64,000 nt of DNA from Candidatus Planktophila sp. (GCA_040402315.1 JBBAMU010000003.1:1453-65452); one strand, 5' to 3'; positions 1 to 8,433 are shown, numbered from the stretch's first letter. Notes: generated by a model from the sequence alone, not told the origin. A program made the numbers and translations.

Positions 1-637
1 GTCGACCGACAAATGTGCAGTAAATAGTTGCCGGATCAAGTTCTAACTCTTTACGTAGTTCGGACCTTTCGAACCTCTTTGGCTCAGGAAGCCCTGGGAA
101 GAAGACGCTGTATTGCGCTGGCTTGCCAATACCGGCAGCTAGCAGGTCGTTCTTCACAACCGTGCCAATGGCAATGAGGTGATGAGTGCGCCCAGCTAGC
201 GCTTTCTCAATTGCAATAACTAATTGGGTTTTCCATCCAGAAAAATACCCGTGTAACAAGTGGCCGTGAAATGTGTGAATTCGGATTGCACCGCGTCCGG
301 CGATAATCGAAGCAAGGCGGCCCAGGACGCCAGCTTTCGCAGTATGAGTATGAATTACATTAGGTTGTAGTTTTTTAATCATTGCAACCAGACTAATAAA
401 TGCCCTTAGGTCAGTAACTAGCGATATTGATCTTCCGAGGCCGGCAATCCGAGTTGCCTTAATATCTGTGGCTACTTCTTCCAGGTAATCTGCTTCATTG
501 ACATCGCAATAGCCGGTGACAAGCACTTGATCGAACTTTGATGCATCAAGGCCTCGCATTAACTCAGCCACGATGACGGCAGGTCCACCCACATTCATGC
601 GGGCGATAATCTGCATCACTTTTATGCGCTCGGCCAT
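1..637 (-). CDS. GT4-family (GT-B) glycosyltransferase, 3' end runs off the window
   Basis: Not in the ORF track. Manual minus-strand translation from ATG 637: MAERIKVMQIIARMNVGGPA...PNVIHTHTAKAGVLGRLA...IHTFHGH...TFVGR, typical GT4 N-terminal motifs. Confidence 0.85.
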   Translation of the reverse strand, partial: MAERIKVMQIIARMNVGGPAVIVAELMRGLDASKFDQVLVTGYCDVNEADYLEEVATDIKATRIAGLGRSISLVTDLRAFISLVAMIKKLQPNVIHTHTAKAGVLGRLASIIAGRGAIRIHTFHGHLLHGYFSGWKTQLVIAIEKALAGRTHHLIAIGTVVKNDLLAAGIGKPAQYSVFFPGLPEPKRFERSELRKELELDPATIYCTFVGR

Positions 638-676
638 GTGGTTATCTTCTCGCAAAAAGGCTGGATAATTGAACTC

Positions 677-1642
677 ATGAGCAGCGGGCAATTCGTATCT
701 GAGTGCACAGCAGATGCAATTACGCGCGCTGCCCAGCAACTAAAAGCTGGTTCACTGGTCGCGCTACCGACTGAGACTGTCTATGGGCTGGGCGCCGATG
801 CCACAAACGCCGCCGCAGTTGCCAGAATTTATAAAGCAAAGGGCCGCCCCACGGATCACCCACTGATAGTGCACGTGAGTGAAATGGCAGATATTTCTGA
901 GTGGGCCGATGAAATTCCAGAGTATGCAATTTTGCTGGGACGTAAATATTGGCCCGGTCCTATGACCCTTATTTTAATGAGAACAGATCTCGCGCAAGAT
1001 TTTATTACTGGGGGACAAGCCAGCGTTGGCCTACGCGTCCCAGATCATGTTGTGGCACTTGCGCTGCTGGCAGAATTTAAGAAGCTTGGCGGCAAAGGTA
1101 TTGCCGCCCCTAGCGCTAATCGCTTTGGCCATGTCTCACCGACATCTGCACCAGCTGTCAGCGCCGAACTTTCAGATTACTTAATCGCTGGCGATCTCAT
1201 TCTTGATGGCGGGCCATCGCAGGTCGGCGTTGAATCAACCATTATTGATTGCACGGGTAGTGCTCCACGAATTTTGAGATCTGGCGCAATTACCGGAGCG
1301 ATGATCACACAGGTCACCGGATTACACCTTGCAGAATCCGAGACAGATATTCGAGTAAGTGGCTCACTTGAAAATCACTACTCACCGGCCGCCGCAGTGG
1401 AACTTAATTGTGAGCCAGAACCTGGTGATGGATTTATTGCACTAGCGAGTGTTCCCACACCTGACGGTGCTGTGCGCCTTGCATCACCTGTAAACAATGA
1501 AGAGTTTGCGCGCGTTCTTTACGCTGCGCTACGAAGTGCTGATGAGCGCTCATTAACCCGTGTTGTTGTGCACCAGCCAGCAGGAGATGACATCTCTGTC
1601 GCGATTCGCGACCGATTACTGCGTGCCAGCCGCGGTCGCTAA
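677..1642 (+). CDS. sua5: L-threonylcarbamoyladenylate synthase (Sua5 type, with C-terminal SUA5 domain)
   Basis: PTETVYGL, KGRP..HPLIVH, PSAN, STIID motifs and the HY.P linker; start moved to ATG 677. Confidence 0.93.
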   Translation: MSSGQFVSECTADAITRAAQQLKAGSLVALPTETVYGLGADATNAAAVARIYKAKGRPTDHPLIVHVSEMADISEWADEIPEYAILLGRKYWPGPMTLILMRTDLAQDFITGGQASVGLRVPDHVVALALLAEFKKLGGKGIAAPSANRFGHVSPTSAPAVSAELSDYLIAGDLILDGGPSQVGVESTIIDCTGSAPRILRSGAITGAMITQVTGLHLAESETDIRVSGSLENHYSPAAAVELNCEPEPGDGFIALASVPTPDGAVRLASPVNNEEFARVLYAALRSADERSLTRVVVHQPAGDDISVAIRDRLLRASRGR

Positions 1643-1690
1643 GGTGATAAAGTTCGGCTTCTAGCGCGCAGTTTGCGCTAGTTGTATGTG

Positions 1691-1763
1691 GGGCCTATAG
1701 CTCAGCCGGTAGAGCAACGGACTTTTAATCCGTGGGTCGACAGTTCGAGCCTGTCTGGGCCCA
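1691..1763 (+). tRNA. tRNA-Lys(UUU), CCA not encoded
   Basis: Cloverleaf: GGGCCTA/TGGGCCC acceptor stem, TAGCTCAGCCGGTAGAGC D-arm, ACGGA-CTTTTAA-TCCGT anticodon arm, GACAG-TTCGAGC-CTGTC T-arm. Confidence 0.97.
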
Positions 1764-1765
1764 CT
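1716..1765 (+). repeat. Left copy of 50 bp direct repeat (attL-like; 3' part of tRNA-Lys)
   Basis: aacggacttttaatccgtgggtcgacagttcgagcctgtctgggcccact, identical to 7463-7512. Confidence 0.95.
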
Positions 1766-1793
1766 CATCTTTTCGACACGTGCTCATAGATTG

Positions 1794-1818
1794 AGTTAAC
1801 AGTTGCTTTCTGTTAACT
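1794..1818 (+). terminator. Hairpin after the tRNA (possible terminator or protein-binding palindrome)
   Basis: AGTTAACAG-ttgcttt-CTGTTAACT perfect 9 bp inverted repeat; the T tail is weak. Confidence 0.4.
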
Positions 1819-1858
1819 TTCCTCCACTTAGTACCGTAGGAAACTACAAGTAATGAGT

Positions 1859-1952
1859 GGCGTTGTGTCTAGCGAAGTCCGGTTTAATTCCGGCGCTGTC
1901 CCGCAACTGTAAATGATCGAAAGATCTAAGCCAGGTCGCCTGGCAGAACGCC
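1859..1952 (+). promoter_or_regulatory. Cobalamin (B12) riboswitch
   Basis: GAAGTCCGGTTTAATTCCGGCGCTGTCCCGCAACTGTAA core, AAGCCAG B12-box, closing GGCGTT/AACGCC stem; directly upstream of btu/cob genes. Confidence 0.9.
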
Positions 1953-2014
1953 GATGTATCCGATCCCGGAGGAGGGTCGGGTCTTAAAGCGCTACTGCTT
2001 TTTGCCCCATTTTC

Positions 2015-2036
2015 CTCCCTTTTAATCTAGAGGGAG
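2015..2036 (+). promoter_or_regulatory. SD-sequestering hairpin (likely riboswitch expression platform)
   Basis: CTCCCT (2015-2020) pairs with AGGGAG (2031-2036), the SD 6 nt before the btuF ATG. Confidence 0.65.
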
Positions 2037-2042
2037 TTTTTT

Positions 2043-2963
2043 ATGTTCAATGCACGCCTACGCGCTCTTACAGTTGCAATTGTTGCAATTGTGTTCGCAT
2101 CTATCTTAGCTAGCCCCGCGCAAGCAGTGGGGACGAAGTATCCGCTCACAATCAAGTTTGGTGGCTACACCACCAAATTGGTAAAGAAACCAACAAAAAT
2201 TATCTCGTTATCACCAAGTGCTACCGAAATATTTTATGCAATCGGTGCAAAGTCACAAATCTTGGCAGTTGATAATCTTTCAAATTATCCAACTGGTGCG
2301 CCTATCAGCAAGATCAGTGCCTACGAACCAAATGTCGAGGCAATTCTTGAATTGAAGCCAGATCTTGTTTTACTTGCTTCAGATTCTGTCAAAGCACCAC
2401 AGATTAGAAACGCTTTAATTAAGTTAGGTGTTGCTGTTTTGATGGAAAAAGCGCCGGCGACTCTGACTGATGTGTATGCTGAAAATACCGCCTTAGGCAA
2501 GGTAACTGATCGTGCCGGCGGTGCCACGAAACTAAACGAATCAATGGCGAAATCAATCAAAAGTATTCTTGCAAAAGCCAAGAAGGATTCAAAAGTTCGC
2601 ATATTCCACGAGTTGGATGAGACCTATTACTCAGCTACATCTAATACCTTTATCGGCAAGGTCTATCAGGATTTTGGAACTGTAAATATTGCTGATGCGG
2701 CCTTAGGTGCTGACTCATCGGGATATCCGCAGTTATCTGCTGAATACTTGCTCAAGAGTGATCCCCAGGTAGTTTTCTTGGCCGATGCGCAATATGGCAC
2801 AACGGTAGATTCAGTATCTCAACGCGCTGGATGGTCACAGATGAGCGCAGTTGTAAATAAGAAAATTATTGCGCTACCTGCAGATATCCCATCACGCTGG
2901 GGACCACGTCTTGTTGATTTCTATAAGTTAATCGGCAACTCTCTGGAGGCAGTGAAGAATTGA
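2043..2963 (+). CDS. btuF: Cobalamin/corrinoid ABC transporter substrate-binding protein
   Basis: KIISLSPSATEIFYAIG, EAILELKPDLV, SRWGPR class III SBP motifs; signal peptide; B12 riboswitch context. Confidence 0.85.
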   Translation: MFNARLRALTVAIVAIVFASILASPAQAVGTKYPLTIKFGGYTTKLVKKPTKIISLSPSATEIFYAIGAKSQILAVDNLSNYPTGAPISKISAYEPNVEAILELKPDLVLLASDSVKAPQIRNALIKLGVAVLMEKAPATLTDVYAENTALGKVTDRAGGATKLNESMAKSIKSILAKAKKDSKVRIFHELDETYYSATSNTFIGKVYQDFGTVNIADAALGADSSGYPQLSAEYLLKSDPQVVFLADAQYGTTVDSVSQRAGWSQMSAVVNKKIIALPADIPSRWGPRLVDFYKLIGNSLEAVKN

Positions 2964-3973
2964 AAACAGGTGAGATTGACCGAATCTGGCACTGGCAGAT
3001 TACAGCGGTAGTTGGAGCAGTCCTCTTTGCCGTATTGCTGCTAGCTGTCAGTTTTGGTCCTATCTCACTAGATTTTGTAAAAATTCTACGCACCTTGTTT
3101 GGTTTAAGTGGCGGGTTGCAAGATGAGGAGAAGGCCCTCTTCTTGCAACTGCGCCTGCCACGCGTGTTATTAGCCGCACTCGTTGGTGCCGCACTAGCAA
3201 CCAGTGGTGCAGTTTACCAAACAGTCTTTCGCAATCCACTCGCCGACCCTTACTTGCTGGGCGCAGCCGCTGGTGCTGGGTTGGGTGCGACACTTGCATT
3301 AACTGGTGGAAGTTCAAGCTTTTATGCAGCGCTACCGCTCTTTGCATTTATCGGCGCAGCACTTGCCGTGGCCGCAACATTTTTAATCTCAGGTAGATCC
3401 TATGCCGATCCTGCGATGTTGTTACTCTCTGGAATTGCCATAGGCTCTTTTGCAACCGCCGTTCAAACCTATTTGCAACAACGTAATAGTGAAGTTCTTC
3501 GCCCCGTGTATTCGTGGATTTTAGGACAGTTGACCGTAGCTGATTGGCAGGTAGTTAAATGGGCAAGCTTCTACATTGTTCTGGCGCTAGCAGTTTTAAT
3601 TCGAATGTCCCGACTATTAGATGGGTTACTGCTCAGCGATGAGGAAGCTTTTTCACTGGGCATCTCACCGAATAAAGTTCGAATAATTGCAATTGGCGCG
3701 GCCACTTTGGCTACTGCAACGGCAGTTTCAGCTAGCGGCTTGATTGGCTTTGTCGGAATTGTCGTGCCGCACTTAGTTCGGGGAATAACTAAGCGGGCAA
3801 CGAATCGCGCACTCTTCACAGTGGCGCTATTTGGTGCCGCTTTTCTTGTTCTGGCCGACCTTGGTGCCCGCACCTTGTTATCTCCCGCCGAATTACCTAT
3901 TGGAGTAATCACCGCCTTTGTAGGTGCGCCATTTCTTTTATTTGTGTTGCGAGCCAAAAGAGTTCTCAAATGA
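2960..3973 (+). CDS. btuC: Corrinoid ABC transporter permease (FecCD/BtuC family)
   Basis: LRLPRVLLA, FRNPLADPYLLG, IGFVGIVVPH, ELPIGVIT motifs. Confidence 0.87.
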   Translation: MKTGEIDRIWHWQITAVVGAVLFAVLLLAVSFGPISLDFVKILRTLFGLSGGLQDEEKALFLQLRLPRVLLAALVGAALATSGAVYQTVFRNPLADPYLLGAAAGAGLGATLALTGGSSSFYAALPLFAFIGAALAVAATFLISGRSYADPAMLLLSGIAIGSFATAVQTYLQQRNSEVLRPVYSWILGQLTVADWQVVKWASFYIVLALAVLIRMSRLLDGLLLSDEEAFSLGISPNKVRIIAIGAATLATATAVSASGLIGFVGIVVPHLVRGITKRATNRALFTVALFGAAFLVLADLGARTLLSPAELPIGVITAFVGAPFLLFVLRAKRVLK

Positions 3974-4728
3974 TTACAATTAAGAACCTCTCCCTTCACT
4001 ATGGTGATTTCTACGCACTCAACCAGATCACCTTGGACATTCCACGCGGCAGCTGGAGTTGCCTGGTGGGACCAAATGGCGCGGGTAAGACAACCTTTTT
4101 AAAAACACTTCTAGGTAATAAACCATACGACGGATCTATCACTATTGACGGGGTTGAGGTCTATAAGAACTTACGAAACGTGGCATTTGTTCCGCAACGC
4201 CCTGAAGTTCCAGCAGGGATGAATGTCGCTGAATATGTGATGCTTGGACGTGCCCGCCTAGACGGTTGGGGACGCGAATCGAACACAAGTCGTAAATATG
4301 CGATGGAGATTCTGGAAGAGATGCAGCTAGCTGCAATGCGTCAACAATTAGTGACACAACTATCGGGTGGAGAAATGCAGCGGGTCCTGATTGCTCGCGC
4401 CTTAGTCCAGGAGGCTGAACTTATGATTTTAGATGAGCCGACCTCAGCCCTGGATTTGCACCATCAAATTTCTACTCTTAATCACATCGAAAGAGCACAA
4501 AAGAATGGGACTACCATTGTTTCGACAATGCATGACATCACCTTGGGTGCCATGTATGCAGAGCGAATCATAATTATGCAACAAGGAAGAGTATTACTAG
4601 ATGGCCAGGCACACGAAGTAATCCATTCCCAAGAGCTAAAGCTGGCCTTTGATGATGGCATCACAATTCACACCTTAGAAAATGGTCGCCCAGTCATTGT
4701 TGCGAACAAGGCCACGGCCAGCCTTTGA
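3970..4728 (+). CDS. btuD: Corrinoid ABC transporter ATP-binding protein
   Basis: GPNGAGKT, LSGGEMQR, ILDEPT, H-loop. Confidence 0.85.
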   Translation: MITIKNLSLHYGDFYALNQITLDIPRGSWSCLVGPNGAGKTTFLKTLLGNKPYDGSITIDGVEVYKNLRNVAFVPQRPEVPAGMNVAEYVMLGRARLDGWGRESNTSRKYAMEILEEMQLAAMRQQLVTQLSGGEMQRVLIARALVQEAELMILDEPTSALDLHHQISTLNHIERAQKNGTTIVSTMHDITLGAMYAERIIIMQQGRVLLDGQAHEVIHSQELKLAFDDGITIHTLENGRPVIVANKATASL

Positions 4729-5228
4729 CTCTGATATTCATCGCCGGTGGTGCGCGGAGTGGAAAAAGCCGAAAAGGTGAGGAGTTGGCAATTGCGTTAG
4801 CCGGTGTGGGAAAACCGATCTTTATCGCCACTGCTGAGGCTGTCGATGATGAGATGAAATCGCGAATTGAAAAACATCAATTAGATCGAGGAACTGCATT
4901 TGAGTTGATTGAAGAGGCGAAGGATTTAACCAAGGTATTAGCGCAAATCAATCCTGGGGCAACTGTTCTGGTGGATTGTCTAACGCTTTGGTTATCAAAT
5001 AATATGATGAGTGAAGAAATAGATACCAATCAATCCGTTATATCTGCCGCCCGTGCTCGAGTGGGAAATACAATATTTATCAGTAATGAGGTGGGTGAAG
5101 GTATTGTGCCGATGCATCCGGTGTCACGTCAGTTCCGAGATCTTTCTGGCATCATGAATCAAGAGTTTGCGCAAGCTGCGGACAAGGTTTACTTCATGAA
5201 GTTTGGAATTGCCCAGGAACTAAAATGA
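4725..5228 (+). CDS. cobU: Adenosylcobinamide kinase / cobinamide-phosphate guanylyltransferase
   Basis: GGARSGKS, RIEKHQLDR, VDCLTLW, SNEVGEGIVP motifs. Confidence 0.93.
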   Translation: MTLIFIAGGARSGKSRKGEELAIALAGVGKPIFIATAEAVDDEMKSRIEKHQLDRGTAFELIEEAKDLTKVLAQINPGATVLVDCLTLWLSNNMMSEEIDTNQSVISAARARVGNTIFISNEVGEGIVPMHPVSRQFRDLSGIMNQEFAQAADKVYFMKFGIAQELK

Positions 5229-5983
5229 TCAATGATGTGAAAGTCGCTTTTGCTTTTTTAACTCGAATTCCGATAACTCACAAGGACGAAGTTTCGATTC
5301 AAAGAAGTGCAATTTGGTTCCCCTTTGTCGGCTCCGTAATAGGACTTTTCTCGGGGTTGGTATTTGTCGGACTCAATGAATTAATCCCAGCTACACCGGC
5401 TGCGGCACTTACCCTTCTTTTCTCCATCCTTGTCACCGGGGGATTTCATCACGACGGGTTGGCCGATACCTTTGACGGTTTAGTTGGAGGCTGGAACCCC
5501 GAAGATCGTCTTCGAATCTTGAAGGATTCGCGCCACGGAACATATGGCGTGCTAGCTATTGTTTTGCAGTTAATCATTCAATTCGCACTTTTATCCGCAC
5601 TCAGCCCTCGGACTGCTCTGCTCGCACTTATCTCGGCCCACACATTGGGGCGGCTCGTTCCGATTTATTTTATGCTCTCACCTGCTGCGCCTTCCCATGA
5701 AGGTATGGGTGCCACCTATGCGCGCACCGTTAAAGGCATCCATGTGCTTTTTGCAACAATGCTCACAGTCGCTTTGCTAATACCTTTAATAGGTCTTCAC
5801 TTCTTGCTCCTGGGCGTAATCGTTGCAATTGTTTCACTTCTTTTTTTGTTTTATGTACGAAGAAAAATTGGTGGCGTCGTTGGAGACGTTCTGGGTGCAT
5901 CCGAGCAGATTGCTGAAAGTCTCGTCCTTCTCTATTTTCTAATTATCTCGACACACAAACTTTGGTTGTCATGGTTGATTTAA
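5225..5983 (+). CDS. cobS: Adenosylcobinamide-GDP ribazoletransferase (cobalamin synthase)
   Basis: FLTRIP, TGGFHHDGLADTFDG, ILKDSRHGTYG, GGVVGDVLGA motifs; multi-TM. Confidence 0.93.
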   Translation: MINDVKVAFAFLTRIPITHKDEVSIQRSAIWFPFVGSVIGLFSGLVFVGLNELIPATPAAALTLLFSILVTGGFHHDGLADTFDGLVGGWNPEDRLRILKDSRHGTYGVLAIVLQLIIQFALLSALSPRTALLALISAHTLGRLVPIYFMLSPAAPSHEGMGATYARTVKGIHVLFATMLTVALLIPLIGLHFLLLGVIVAIVSLLFLFYVRRKIGGVVGDVLGASEQIAESLVLLYFLIISTHKLWLSWLI

Positions 5984-7464
5984 TTACTGCACGTTTCGAT
6001 TGTGTACTTTTTGATCTAGGTAACACGCTAATTAAGCAGGAAAATCCGGGAACTCCCTATGAAGCCTTATCCGTCCAGATTTTGCTGGGAGTGCAGAACT
6101 TGCTCGATACTCTCCGTGGTCAGGTGAAGATTGGTATTGTTTCAAATACGCAGACAATTACTGCAGCCGATATCGAGCGAAAACTTGAAACCGTTGGACT
6201 AGAAAAATACTTTGATCTCATCATCGCAACTGCCGAATTTGGCAAACATAAACCAGATCCCGCACCCATTACCGCCGCTATCAAAGAACTTGAGGTGAGC
6301 GCCCAGCGCACACTCTATATAGGAGATGTTGAAACTGATAAGCAAGCAGCTTTGGCCGCGGGTGCGCACTTTACCTACACTGGTCCAGATGCTTATGCGT
6401 CAGTACACCAGTACTTGTTGCATAGTGAGAGCGCATTAGATCGTGCCAGACACACGCAACCAATCTTTTCAACGCAACATTACGAGGCTGCACAAAAAGC
6501 ATTTGACGGATTAGCAAAACCAGTTGGTGCGCTCGGCAAGTTAGAAAAGGTCACCGCCAAAATTGCCGGCATCACGCATACTCACACCCCCACCGTTGAT
6601 CCTGCCGCCCTTGCACTTTTCGGTGCAGATCACGGAATAGCATCTGATGACTCAGTAACTCCTTGGCCGCAGGCAATCACCGGCATGATGCTGGAAGTTA
6701 TGGGAGAAAATAAGGCGGCAGTCTCTGTTTTTGCGGAGGTGGCAGATGTGTATCTTCAGATTATCAATGTCGGTGCGGTAAGTGATTCCCAATCTCCACA
6801 GGTGCGCAACGTCAGGGTAGCAAGTGGCACCAATGACATTCGAACACATGATGCAATGTCTCAGGCGGTTGCGATTGCAGCCTTAGAAGTTGGCGCCAAT
6901 ACTGCCGAAAGGTTAATCGCGGGCGGATCGCGCGCACTTTTGACTGGTGAAGTTGGAATAGGTAACACGACACCGTCAGCAGCACTGATAGCCCACCTTA
7001 CTGATTCGACTGCTGCGCAGGTCACAGGTCGTGGATCTGGAATTGATGATGAAACTTTTGCAAGAAAGGTAACAATTGTTCAGCAGTTAATTGAGAGGAC
7101 AAAAGATGAGAAGGATCCCATTCTTTTGCTAGCCCAGATAGGTGGGATAGAGATTGCGGCATTGGCAGGTTACATATTGCGGGCAGCTTCACTACAGATA
7201 CCAGTGGTATTAGATGGGGTAATTACTCTGGCTGCAGCAACTGTTGCGAAAGCGATTAACCCGCAGATCACACAATTTCTAATCGCTGGACATGCATCCT
7301 CTGAGCCAGGATCGCGCATTGCACTCGAGCATCTTGATTTAGACCCAATCCTAAATTTGGAGTTAAGGCTCGGTGAAGGTACCGGTGCTTTACTCGCTCT
7401 ACCCATCCTTCGAGCCACTTGTCAGGGGCTCTCCCAGATGGCTCGCATCGTAGATTTGCTATAA
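5971..7464 (+). CDS. cobT: Fusion of an N-terminal HAD-superfamily hydrolase with nicotinate-nucleotide-dimethylbenzimidazole phosphoribosyltransferase
   Basis: HAD motifs FDLGNTL, IVSNT, KPDP, IGDVETD; CobT motifs KPVGALGKLE, ADHGI, GEVGIGNTT, LRLGEGTG; one uninterrupted ORF. Confidence 0.9.
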   Translation: MVDLITARFDCVLFDLGNTLIKQENPGTPYEALSVQILLGVQNLLDTLRGQVKIGIVSNTQTITAADIERKLETVGLEKYFDLIIATAEFGKHKPDPAPITAAIKELEVSAQRTLYIGDVETDKQAALAAGAHFTYTGPDAYASVHQYLLHSESALDRARHTQPIFSTQHYEAAQKAFDGLAKPVGALGKLEKVTAKIAGITHTHTPTVDPAALALFGADHGIASDDSVTPWPQAITGMMLEVMGENKAAVSVFAEVADVYLQIINVGAVSDSQSPQVRNVRVASGTNDIRTHDAMSQAVAIAALEVGANTAERLIAGGSRALLTGEVGIGNTTPSAALIAHLTDSTAAQVTGRGSGIDDETFARKVTIVQQLIERTKDEKDPILLLAQIGGIEIAALAGYILRAASLQIPVVLDGVITLAAATVAKAINPQITQFLIAGHASSEPGSRIALEHLDLDPILNLELRLGEGTGALLALPILRATCQGLSQMARIVDLL

Positions 7465-7512
7465 CGGACTTTTAATCCGTGGGTCGACAGTTCGAGCCTG
7501 TCTGGGCCCACT
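7463..7512 (+). repeat. Right copy of 50 bp direct repeat (attR-like tRNA-Lys fragment)
   Basis: Identical to 1716-1765; lacks the tRNA 5' acceptor strand and D-arm. Confidence 0.95.
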
Positions 7513-7530
7513 ATTAAGTACAGTCTCACC

Positions 7531-8433
7531 ATGAACACCCCCGTGCAGCGCCAGAGTTCCTGGATTCCTGCATACATCACACTAGGAATTGTCTGGGGCT
7601 GTTCTTTTATCTTCATCAAGTTAGGTCTTGAATTCCTGACCCCCTTCGGAGTCGCCTTTGTGCGCTGCGCACTAGGCGCAGTGGCACTTCTCATCTATGC
7701 AAAATTAAGAGGAATCTCCCTACCTAAAGATCGCATGGTGCGATTTCATCTGTGGGTTGTTGCAATTTTGCTTAATGTCATTCCTGGAATTTTCTTTGCA
7801 CTTGCTGAAACTGCAGTGACCTCGATTTTGGCAGGAATCATCAATGCCGTGACACCATTGATGACAATTATTGCAATCTTGGTGATTAACCGAGAGGAAA
7901 AACCAAAGCCTTCACAACTGCTGGGCCTATTAATTGGCTTTCTTGGAGTCCTTACCGTTCTGGGAGCATGGAAAGGGTTGGGAGATAATCCACGCTGGGC
8001 AATACTTGTTTTACTCCTTGCCGTCAGTTGCTACGGAATCTCATTTCCTTACACCCGCAAATATGTGATTCCACTTAAGATTCAAACCGAGTCCCTCATG
8101 GCTATGCAGCTCACTTTGGCTGCGATCACACTCTTACCTTTCTTTCTTTTCGATGGAATTTCTAAGTACGAATATCGAATTGGACCAGTACTGGCAATGA
8201 TTGGTTTGGGTGTCTTTGGCAGTGGTTTTGCCTACTTATGGAACTACAAAGTTATGCAGCTAGCTGGTAGCGCGATCGCAAGCTCAGTTACTTACCTGAC
8301 TCCACTAGTTGCAATTATCGTGGGAATCATCTTTCTCAACGAATCAATTACCTGGAATGAGCCGGTGGGTGCTCTCATTGTTTTGCTGGGTGCAGCCATT
8401 GCGCAGGAGCGAATCACCTTAAAGAAGAGTTAG
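7531..8433 (+). CDS. EamA/DMT family transporter
   Basis: IVWGCSF start, two EamA repeats, about 10 TM, YLTPLVAII.G..FLNE. Confidence 0.88.
   Translation: MNTPVQRQSSWIPAYITLGIVWGCSFIFIKLGLEFLTPFGVAFVRCALGAVALLIYAKLRGISLPKDRMVRFHLWVVAILLNVIPGIFFALAETAVTSILAGIINAVTPLMTIIAILVINREEKPKPSQLLGLLIGFLGVLTVLGAWKGLGDNPRWAILVLLLAVSCYGISFPYTRKYVIPLKIQTESLMAMQLTLAAITLLPFFLFDGISKYEYRIGPVLAMIGLGVFGSGFAYLWNYKVMQLAGSAIASSVTYLTPLVAIIVGIIFLNESITWNEPVGALIVLLGAAIAQERITLKKS

Larger units (their letters stand above)
1716..7512. mobile_element. tRNA-Lys-anchored genomic islet for cobamide uptake and salvage; no integrase inside
   Basis: Flanked by exact 50 bp tRNA-derived direct repeats; the content is one riboswitch-led operon. 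Confidence 0.85.

Noticed and set aside
1661-1681. CTAGCGC/GCGCTAG hairpin before the tRNA
   Set aside because: Short, with no U-tract; cannot be assigned as a terminator or operator from sequence alone
1766-7462. Prophage or ICE at tRNA-Lys
   Set aside because: No integrase, relaxase, transposase or phage structural gene; riboswitch and B12 genes fill the interval
7463-7512. Second tRNA-Lys gene
   Set aside because: The 5' acceptor strand and D-arm are missing, so it is only an att-like fragment
7422-7694. 90 aa minus-strand ORF containing GPDRLELSTHGLKVR
   Set aside because: Shadow translation of the antisense tRNA fragment and the eamA start; not a gene
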